Assembly: GCA_965285935.1 (NCBI GenBank)
Contig: OZ260662.1
Span: 74,152,001-74,216,000, forward strand
DNA: 64,000 nt
Direction of reading: 5' to 3'
Source: Ophelia neglecta
Taxonomy: Eukaryota
Both the position numbers and the translations under genes were made by a program. This document shows, piece by piece, positions 1 through 10,900 of this stretch (positions within the stretch are counted from its first letter, which is position 1; every line of letters begins with the position of its first letter). Below the pieces are notes generated by a model. That model was not told the origin of the DNA. It did no database searches and saw only the letters and a program-made list of their open reading frames with translations.

Positions 1-1929
1 AGTATTTACTACTAAATATTTACCTGAATTTGTCTAGTCTTTGTTTAAAGAAATGTTTCCATCCCTTGCATAATAAGTTAGTAATGGTATAGGCCTATAT
101 GTATCCTGCAACGTTTGGGCGCGTTCTGTTTGTCCCGGCTTACTTCATATAACCGATGTGATCAGCATAATGTTTCATTTTTGATTTCTTTCTAACAATT
201 AGATAGGTACAATTCGTGTACGTAAAGCCAAGAATAATATCAATCCCACGAGTTGATCTTTTCCGGGGCAGTGTAATGTCACTTGAATTGAAATCAGGGG
301 TCAAATGATCATGAAACTGTCCATGTGCGGGCGTCGTGCGCAGTCTTGTTTTAGGGTAATCCCCCTTTTCAACTAGAAGATCAATAGTGTGTTTTAACAG
401 GGACGGACGTATCATTAGCACTGTAAGAAGTCATTAACAACCAAAACGAGCCAATAAGCGGCTTTGCCTTTGTCGCAGACCTCAATTAAAGGAAACTCAG
501 TGATAACTACCTTTTCTAGAATGGCGTCGCGTAAGCCTTTCTTGTTTAGGATGGATTTGGGGCGTTGTCGTGTAGGGGATGAAATGCGATTTTTCCTAGA
601 ACTGATAGTTTAACTCGTGCCCCCACCATGTAGATATGTGTAGGAAGCACTCACAACTCTCCTTTAGTTAAGCAAACCAGATACTTGCCAATTGTTCGGT
701 TTTTTTACTAAGTCTAAAAGCCAGAAATATTAAATATTGATATTGAATCCATAAAGTGGATTTCCCTGTTTGGTCACCATGCGTGTGCATGAAACATTGG
801 AAAGAACATGAGATGTTTCCATGTTGTCCTATCATATCAACTAGAAAAACAAAGACCCACGTGACTATTACTGCTTTTTTAGAGAAGTTAAAAATCGTTC
901 TAAAGATGTCTTTCTATATTGTGTTATTATTTCTCCAGCCGTCTAATGACACATGATCTTATAAACGTGTCTGTTATTTGGGTAACTGTATTCGGGGTTG
1001 CTAGCATAGCGCCCTCTGTGGGTCAAATTGGGTGCGCCAAAGTGTACTTTGATTAGTGTTGGCCTTGTCACTGTGCCACAATGTCTCAAATTTTCCGTAC
1101 TACAAACTTCTAAAATTTCCTGTTCGCATGCTGACGTATGTCAGAATGAATAATCTGCTACACGGATAGAAGACAATAGGGTGTTTGTAGTTAAACATTC
1201 CAGCTGTTTGACATCACCTTATACTGGCCTCCCATTGATTTTATATTTTGCACGTGTTGTCTTCGCTGATGCCAAAAACTTCACCAACACGCGTCTTTGT
1301 ACAGATGATGACAAAAAAGCCATAACCAACTATAACCCCAGGGGTTATACAACAGGGGCAGCTTTTTAAAAAGGGAATGGATACCTATAGCAGACAAGAA
1401 AAATAAGAGATTAGTCCAGAATTTGGTTCGAAAGCAACAGGAACCAATTAAAAAAAACCTGTAGTGTGAAATCTGGAGGGTGTTTAAAAATTATCGTAAT
1501 TGCTCACTTTCGAGGCTAGCGACTAACGACATGATGATGTGAGTTTGACGAAATGTTTTTAAATGATTAAAATTTTGAAATAGCCCGCTGATCAATTTGG
1601 TAGTAGATTGTTACTGGTTTTCCATGTACTATCGTTGAGAATTCTGATCACTAGGCTAGGCTATCTTTCCATCACATTATCCCGAGGCATGATTGAAGGA
1701 AAAGGACAACAACCAAAAATGTTCTCATTTGTCCCTTTATTACTGAACGCTAACCAGAATGGTTTTGAAGAAGATAGGGGAAACTTCCAAACCCGGCATA
1801 GTGCTTTGGAACAGCTTCTCTAGAAAAAAAAACAATTACTCGCCCTGGGCTTAAAGAATAAATCTTACCCTTGAGGGTAAGATGTGCCATCTTAACTTCA
1901 AATTATGAACGGCATGTCGCTGAATTCTC

Positions 1930-2301
1930 TTCAGGTGTGCGACAGCCTACGACTATTTAACTTTCGGCATCGCGGCATGGGAGCAGTCATCGTCTGCTGA
2001 TCAGCAGGTGACATGTATAAGTATGTCCCTCAATGTGGATTTCATTACTTCCTGTTAGAAATTCAAGCCATCCCATGTAACCAGGGAAGTGGCAATACAA
2101 TAGATCAAATGCGTACACACATTGCTTCTTTATAGCTATGAGTGGACCCACCCGGCTGTATTTTCTTACAACTTTATATATAAACTTAGTTTTTTGATTG
2201 TACAAGCCGACACAATAATAAGCTTGGATGTTTCCTACGACTCCATTTTTCTTTTTGATGAGCGATGGGGATCCAGTGTAATTTTTCACAAGAAATGGCA
2301 T
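1930..2301 (-). pseudogene. Possible decayed DNA-transposase fragment (Academ-like)
   Basis: ORF 1987-2301 (FIYKVVRK..KQCVYAFDLLY..MGWLEF..IHIEGHT..LLISRR) loosely follows the motif order TIY..M / V.TFD..Y / W..EF / RLGGFH I recall from Academ-type transposases. Similarity is weak and judged by eye. Confidence 0.25.
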
Positions 2302-5300
2302 TATCTTGCTCCTCTGATGTCAACAGCTAACTGTCACAGAAGGATGCTCAAACCAGAATGCATAATATTGCCCAAAAAAGAGGACTGTATTAGGGAGGCG
2401 TTGCCCCTAAGAGCATCATAGCACTGGCAAAAAGCAACAAGATTTGAAGGTTTGTAGTTGTGTCTTATCAGAGTACTTTCAAGTACCTGTCAATTTTCTA
2501 TTTAAAAATTTCGTAATAGAATGGGATGTCTACAAAATGATGGTATCATCATCATCAATTATTTACCGGCGGGGGGGGGGGGTATCACTTCTCTATTTGG
2601 GAACCTAAGCTTTAAACAAAGTCAATAAGGCATTCAGATAATTTCATTAAACCAAGCCATTAAATATGGTCGGGTTGTCCATGTAACGATATACTCCTGC
2701 ATAAAATTACCCTACTGGGGAATGGAGCATGTCACTATAGGTGGAATCTAGGAGGGCATTAGTGCAGGCGATGTGTCTTAAAATGCGATAAAACGGCCTT
2801 GGACAGTCTCCAAAGAAGAATATTGAGCACCGTTATATGCATATCTGAGTCCAATGTGCGAATTACGTTGATACACATATCGAGGAAGCTAGATGTTTTG
2901 TGATCACGGTGGCTCGTTAACTCTATTTATACAGACTACCAAAGAAAGGTACCCTGGGAGTTTGTATTAAGCCTTGGTTGAGGCGCTGTCAACATTTCGC
3001 GGTAGTTTATTATGGCATCATGATCGCATGGTTCCAAGCCGTTATGGCTGTCTATCCAATTGGATCTTTGTAGAAACAATTTTAATCGAAATATTTACAA
3101 ATTTCAGTGTGATTAAAAATCGATGGAATATATGTAATGTTCACGTTTGTTGTTCTAATAACAAGTTTAAAATGTTTCTGGATTATTTTAAACCTTTCCA
3201 AGTATTATCGTCATGATTTTTTGCTTTCTTATCTTCGTAGGAAGATATTAAAATAAAGTGCAGGTTGATATGTCTTTAAATAAAAGAGCAACATGTCTTT
3301 TAAAAAATTCTCCAACAAAAGCACACAATGATAATAAATGTTCCAGCCTATGCAGTTCAATCGTTTTATCCACTCTTTTCTTCTTCTTTTTAAACTTGGC
3401 AAAAATGCTCATGATGGAAATAATTATTAATAAAATATAATAACCGGTGACAGATAATTGAACTTGTAGATTAGGGCCTATAGCAAGATAAATCATTAGC
3501 TGTCAAAGTAGAAATAATCATCGTTATACTCCGTGACAAATAATTGATTACTGATTATTAATGGAAAGGACGCCAAGTTAGAGACAGTTAAAAATGCCTA
3601 TAAACAAAATAATGGTAGTTTTATAATGTCTTGGAAGAACGAGAGTAACAAAGGTGAGATTAATAATCAGCAGACCATGTTTAACATACAAAGTGCCATG
3701 TAAATCGAATAATAATCAGTGTACATATGGATGAAGATTATAAATTTAAATTATAATGATTATAAATAGATTAATAACCGCTATTGGTCAGCCACGATCA
3801 CCTGAACCTGACGCAAGCCCATAGGAGTCGAGCGAAAATGCTCCAATGTGCAACATGAAAACTCCAATGCCAATGACATTTGAGATTTCTAAACACCCAT
3901 GTATGTAAAACATGACCCTTAAAACCATATGCATAATATTATTAATCTCTTAATAGATGAAAGATCGTTAAATTGCCAAAAGCTTCAAAGTACTTTTCTG
4001 ACATAACTCTGACGCACTCTTCTTGTTCCGGCGGGTTGATCCTATAACGGGCGAGAACAGTATGTGAAGTTTCGTATTTTGTTTTGATTATTCAGCACTT
4101 ACATAAGCGGTCTTGCCTCAAAAACCATTATCAATCAAGATCTGGTTGTATTTATAAGAATATAAAAATCTGATATATAAATGCAATATATAAATATTCA
4201 TATAGCATAATGTGGATATGCTGCCTTTATCCAGGTCGTGGCATTTTGTTATTAATCTCGCTGGCCTACTTGTCATTCTGTTATGAGTCGAAGTTAGAAT
4301 CATGCATGAAATAAACAGATGTTAATGGTACCTTAAAGCTTCCACGCCCTTTCAGACGATATTTTGTCGCGAACATCTGTTTCCATAAAGTGAAAGTATT
4401 CATTATTGACCATTAAAACTGGCAACTGGCAGTACCTATTCTATTTGTGCTGTGTCTGAAACCTGTCTGGTACGATATATTTTAGACACTCTCTTATTTT
4501 TCAGATAATCTACATTTGGAATGACTTATTCTGTTTAAATCCGATGCTAAGGTTAATCCTGCAAATATGACATTCATCTATTACCAAAAGAACTGATTAA
4601 ATTACATATAGCTAGGCCTACCGCGGCTCTATATGTTTATACTGCTGATTAACTCCAAGTGTGCAGACCTATTGTGTGTGGACCTAGATGACACTAATAT
4701 GGTAATGTGGATTAAACAAAGCAAGTATTAATTATTATATTGTTTCCAGTACAGAACATATAAGTTGCATTGCTAATGGTTCCAGTAAAACAACTATTTT
4801 GAATACAAAAGGGAACTACGAGGAATAGTTTTTTTTCGTCATTCAATTGTAACATACCCGCCTATTTCAATCACGACAATACCCGAGGTATGACGCTATA
4901 TAACGCCAAATGTATTGTTAGTATGATGTTAACGGCTAGTCGAGGCTTACGATATTGGTGTTGGCCATTTTTCTACATCAGTATAGTGGCAAATTAACAC
5001 TCTGATAAAACAGAAAACGCAGCATGAATAGAGATTTTGCTTGAATAATTAAAATACCCAATACGTCAGACACAGGTCCGAGCATTGCATCTTGTATGCA
5101 GATATCTCGCACCTTGTATGGACTGTATAGAAAAAGATAAAACACAGTCATAAACTAAGATGCACATTAGCCTTCTGAACAATAGGTATTACTGTGTGAC
5201 ACTTCTGGGTAAATATACACTATCCATCAAACGCTGCTCGATATACTTGCGTTCTCAAGTAATCTGTTTGTGGTTTGGGTTTAAGTCTTTGATTTTGATT

Positions 5301-5779
5301 ATCATGTTGACAGATAATACGTTTTTCCTGGTCAGACGTTTAAAATTAACTAGTGTTTGATGTCATACGAGACTATTTATAGCATAAATATATTCCTAGC
5401 GTATGTTTTGTCTCCAAATATACACCGCTTACCGCTTTAGAAGACTATAAATATTCAATTACGAATATGCATCACCCAACGACAACTTGACAAAAAGTAG
5501 AAACATCCATAAACATAAGAAAAGGGCTGTTCTATCTGTCCATAATAATAAGTGAAATATATTCCCTAGAGTTATATTGCTTTTGTTTTGAACAAAATAT
5601 CAAGACACTTATATTGAAGAAAATGTGGATACGCTAGGGATTTGTTACAACAAGCCCCTGGGCTGAAATTTCCCCTAAATGTCACCATGGGTTGCCAGCC
5701 AATTCCCATTAAAATTCAGTGTAGAAATGTTCGGAGCGTTTCTTTCTTAACCTGATAAAAATTGCCTGTAATAATGCTA

Positions 5780-5967
5780 TTTCATTAGCTGCTGACTCCT
5801 AGTGTATCATGATCATTTCTGTATCGATATTGTTTACTGGCTTCTATTACTGCACTTATAGCCTTGCTCCTCCCACTATGTTATATGTATCACGTGTACG
5901 TATGTATATGTACATTTATATGTTCATACTTCCGGAGCAATAAATTGCTTACGTACTTACTTACGTA
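5780..5967 (+). mobile_element. LINE (L2/CR1-group) 3' UTR remnant
   Basis: TG/TA-rich tract with inverted pair TTGCTCC (5864-5870) / GGAGCAA (5934-5940) overlapping AATAAA, followed by a (CTTA)-like tail cttacgtacttacttacgta. Confidence 0.4.
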
Positions 5968-6879
5968 TTAGTTAGCTACTCGGGGTTAATTAATCTAAGT
6001 CTGAGTTGTAACGTTAGGATTCATCAAGGACATGATGGAAAGTTTAGAGAGATTTAAGGCCATCAAAAGGAAAGTGATCAAAGCCAAGCAGTAACCTAGA
6101 TACGACTTTAATTGTATCGTTTGACCTGATCATCATAAAATCCCTGTGTATGTATAAATTGTCTTCGTGCAATTTAGACACAGACAGCCCATATAATTAA
6201 TTAAGCATGAGATACCCCTTGGTTAGTCCTGCAATGAGCCTTATCGGTGGTGAGTGGGCAGGTATTTTAATACCCCCGGGGTGCTCTCAGTTCTGCAATA
6301 AATTGGCTATTAATGGTGTGTGCTACATATTCTAAAACAAAATGGCTGGTTGTGACGATAAACTAGTAAACATCAAATTAAGGGCCCTTCTCTGGCTGGT
6401 TAATCATACTTATTGTACATGGATCAACCGACAAGGGTGAACTTTAACCGTTACACCATGTTTTAATTGGTGAAAGCTAAGGGGGGAAATGGACAACCTC
6501 TTTTTAAATACACAGTTGCAAATTTTATTAAAACAGCTCTAACTTTTAAAGTTACGACTTGCTTTCAAGGATATCAAATTTTTAGTAAAACCCAGCAATT
6601 TATTAAGACAGCAATCAATATTTACAAAACAGATTATCGGCTTTTAGATGAGGACTGAAAATTAATAGTCTACTTAAGCATAAAAAAACAAATATTTATT
6701 GTACTAAGTTTAGCTAAATTGCAAAAAAATAAAATGCACGCAAGAAATGAATTGTAATAAAAAAACGGCTTTAGGATAATTGATATATTATGTAATGCTA
6801 ACTTAGTCTTGTATACGTGAAAAATACTCTGGAGGTACCTTGGAATAAGAACAAAATTAAGAAACCAGGGCAAAGTGCA

Positions 6880-7670
6880 AACCGCCCTGCTTCTCTTTGC
6901 CTTCAGGGCCAGTCCCACTTCACCTATTTGTTTTAGTGACTCACTGGCATTCTTCTGGCCAATTCCTCTTCTGTTTCTCAAGGCTCCATCGGTTGATTGA
7001 CTACAGGATAAGTCTCCCTTCATTGGTTGTTTCGCTCGATTTCCTTTGAAATCCACTAGATCTGGTCATTGTTCAGGTGTCGTTTTCCCAGTCGCGGGGG
7101 CTACAACTGCTTGCCACACCAACGAGTTATTTGGAGCGGTAAACAACTTGCTACTAGCCATGGGAGTGCGGTAGAATCGGGGGTTTAAGGGAGCTTTAAA
7201 TTGTTCATCCGATGCAGAGACAGTGAAAGCACTTGACTGCACCCCAAATTCTTTATTGGATTATGGTCAGATCTTTTCTTATTATAATGATACGGACTGT
7301 TGCTCACTTAGATTGGCTCATTCTAATAGTCTTGTACTAATGCCTCATTGTTTATTAATGTCCTTGTTGTTTTTTTCGCTGCCACAAACTGAGAAAGACA
7401 ACTTCCATCTGATACAGCGTCCGGTTGGCCCTTTCAGACTTCTGACTGCCAGCAGGTCTCAAAATGAGATGCCTGCTTTACAGAAGAGACGCCATCCGAG
7501 AATCAGACACCAGAGAGACAAAGAGCACGCGCGCCGCACGCTGAGGGCGGGAAACGCCAACCGCCTCGTCACAACTGCTAACTGTAACCCGTCGACAACA
7601 AGCTGGCATTGTCTACATAGACCCCCACATCTCTCGACTTCCTGCATAGCCATCCCAACCTCCGACGTAT
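6880..7670 (+). promoter_or_regulatory. Candidate promoter/5' UTR region for the signal-peptide exon
   Basis: Locally GC/CpG-rich. Contains TGACTCA (~6937), CCAAT/ATTGG boxes (~6959, ~7022, ~7313) and a GC-rich block gcacgcgcgccgcacgctgagggcgggaaa (7525-7555). A possible upstream donor GTATGA lies at 7667. Confidence 0.4.
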
Positions 7671-7859
7671 GACAGGCCAACTCACCCACTATGTCCCTGA
7701 TAGTTATTTTTGTCTTCACTCATTGCAGATACACGGGATGTATACTGGAAACATAACTATCAATGGGATTCGACAAAGATTTGTTCAGGTGTACGGCTTT
7801 CTAATCTAGTTAACATCCAACTTAGATCCAACTTAAGATCCATCGATCGCGGCCATACA

Positions 7860-7926
7860 ATGGAACTAAGAACCATGTGGCCCTGTGCCCTTTATGCCTT
7901 TTGGACGCTCCTCATTGGACAACAAG
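7860..7926 (+). CDS. Putative first coding exon segment: signal peptide of a secreted or membrane protein (exon 7729-7926; rest of gene not identified)
   Basis: Polypyrimidine acceptor ttatttttgtcttcactcattgcAG ends at 7728. ACAATGG gives a strong Kozak ATG at 7860. It encodes MELRTMWPCALYAFWTLLIGQQ (charged N-terminus, hydrophobic core, polar end), then a consensus donor AAG|GTAAGT at 7926/7927 in phase 1, as is typical of signal-peptide exons. Confidence 0.6.
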
Positions 7927-10900
7927 GTAAGTCATCACTTTTAATGATTTTTGTATAGCTACACTTCATTATGCACTTTGCCCGTTTGACCTTCAAATCC
8001 AACGCGGCTGTCTTTTCGTCGTTCAATAACTATGAAGAAGAATCCCAGTTATGATATACTTCTTTGACAATAAGGACAGATCGACATTCTCATTTGCTGA
8101 CCACTGGTAGTTATCATTGACGAGAACGGAAGCTACCATATTCCGTTTTACCATTAAGACAGCTAGTTATATGTACATTTTGCACCTTGGTTCAACATCG
8201 CCCAATCATTTTGAGTCACCTAGCGAGCCCTATTGCTGACAGTCGTTGCCAGCCAATTCCCGGTGAGAGCTTCACTTTCCTCCCGAAGGAATTGCCGGGC
8301 CCACTCGACTTATTTTCCTCAACCTACCTGTAAGCAAATGGCCGCAAATTATGCCGGTCTTGCTCAAACTCGCAGTCGGTTATTGCCTGCAAGGCGACTA
8401 CTCGGTATAAGGCTTCATTCCTTTAATATGCTTAAAGCTGTCGGGATATTTGTTGCCATGCATAAAACTTCCCAATCTCTACGGCTACGTTTAATTGTAT
8501 CAGAAAATACAGGATAAACATTGTATTCACTGTATGCTTCATCACTCAGTGTGAAAATAAATGAGCCCAAATAGAGCAGTATTTATTTTTTATGACACTT
8601 TTAGCTAAAATTACAATTCGTACCAACTGATATCATTCATATGTGTAACACAGAATTTGGGTAATATAGGACTCAAGACCAGATGCCCGCTTTTATTTTA
8701 AAACGAGACGACTAGCTTGGTGTCCATTATTCGACGGCGGCCGCCGTCATGTATGCAAATATTCATATTGTTGACTACACCTCTATATCTAGTCAGGTGG
8801 TCTTCTCCATATATGTCACCATAAAACGTGTTATTATCCATTTGTGTGTTATCAGCTCATGTCATAAGAGAAGCAACACATAATACTCATTTATGTATAT
8901 ATGCTACTTGGAGTAATAACAGCGCACAACACATCATCTTTATAATATATAACTACATTGTTGGACTTCATCCGATTCATTTATCTCCGCCTACTTGTCA
9001 CCTTGGACGCGAAGGGCAGAAGTCCTTCCGGATGCATCGCGTACATATTGAAATAATTTTGTTCTTGCCCACATCAATCTGCCCACATATAATAATCTTT
9101 CAAAATACTCTTGATTGTTTTCATTTATAAAACCAAAAGTAATGATAATCCTTGTTCTTTTCGGAGGTTAAACGATGATAACCTTATGATCCGATAGCAA
9201 TCTTATGTCAGGTCTTTAACACGAGTCTCAATGCAATTGTAAGTAAACGACACAAGTGGAGAAAATCAGTATTTTGTGCTTTATGAATATTTCCGACCAG
9301 ACCCCAGGACCTCACAAACATAACACCGTTGTTAAATGAAAGGGTATTTACTCACCTTCCATCTCTGACACACCCAAACCTCCACCGGCTTTATTCCAGA
9401 AGATATAAAGATAATTTATAATGCATCTGAGATTTCCTCATTGTGTGGTACTCCTTGAGGATATATATATTAAACGTTTAAAAAAAGCCAATGACTGCAA
9501 ACCCTTGTAAGCGCTCTTACACCGCTGATTTGATGAACAGGACATCCCGCATCCAGCGAAGGCAGCTAGGCACCACTCCGGCCGCAGAGATATTGTCAGA
9601 ATTCCAAACTAATATCTTATAAGAATGATTTTGTCAATTTGATCAGCTGTCTTTCCAAACTGACAAATAGAGAAAGTCCTTGCTGCTATAGAGAGGGTGT
9701 CTTCATTATTTCAAAAGTGTGTGGATGTAAGTCACCAAGTTATAATCAATATTTCTTTAAAAAATGTTAAATAAACATCATAGTTTAGATTAATATTACT
9801 ACATCAAAGACACGTTTAATAAATATTTGATATAATTCTATCAAAGCTTTATTAGACAAAAGGGTTCGTCTTGCAATGGATATACCTACGGTGTTTGTGT
9901 ACTTTTTAATAAATCGTTTACAAGTTTTATAAATCTTTATACTTTTAATTTAAATACTAATATTAATAAAACAATTGACGAGCTTTTAATCATGACTCCT
10001 AAAATTAGTACAGGTCAAAGACCCCGTAATATTAGTAGTGTTTAGCAACTCTCCTTTCCACTAAGTTTTCACGAAATTGACAAAAACGAAATTGATAGTT
10101 TCACTCTGTTATTAATGTTATATATATACTTGCGCCGTCTGACAACGAGTTTCTGGTTTTAGGAAGAATCTAGGGACGCTGCACAGTAAGCTGATAATAT
10201 TAAGTTTATTTAATATATAGTTAACTTTATGTTTAAGAATCATATCCCTCTGGCATGTGACAATCGCATCAAGAATATGACCTACTCAGTGGGTTGGCTC
10301 CTATATGTCAGATTGGTTGTGCAAATGACAACCAGCCAGGAGAACGTTCATTTCTATTGCTAGTTACATACTCCTGCAGAAAAGTGGAGGTAAAATGAAA
10401 TAGAGGTGTAAAGCTTCTTTGATTACAGATGGGAAGGTCGTTAGATCACAGAGAGGGAGATGCAACTTGTACTTAAGAGAGTATCCCTTAGCTCAAATAT
10501 AGGCCTAGTTGCTTTATTCATATCGAGAAATGTAAAAGTATATCAAGAGAGGGTGAAAGTACTGGTAAAAATACGGACGCAGTCAATTCTAATAAGTCAT
10601 TTTCGGTAAGAACAAGAATATCTATGTTATCCTATTACACTATGTAAATCAAATCAACCTTATTTCTGATAGATTGACCATTTACCAGGGTAACACATCT
10701 TTTATTCTAAAGCACCCAGCATGCGGCGCTTTGACTTAAGTCATGGAAATGTTTCGCAAGAACGCCTCAACAGGAAAGTTCCGTCTTTCGAAAGGTACTG
10801 GTCAGAAAGCTCGTACTATTGGCCAAGGAACACCCTCTATTGTAGCTTACACGTCACTGGTATTCAAGCACAGAAACTTTATTGGTTAGGCCCATGTAGT

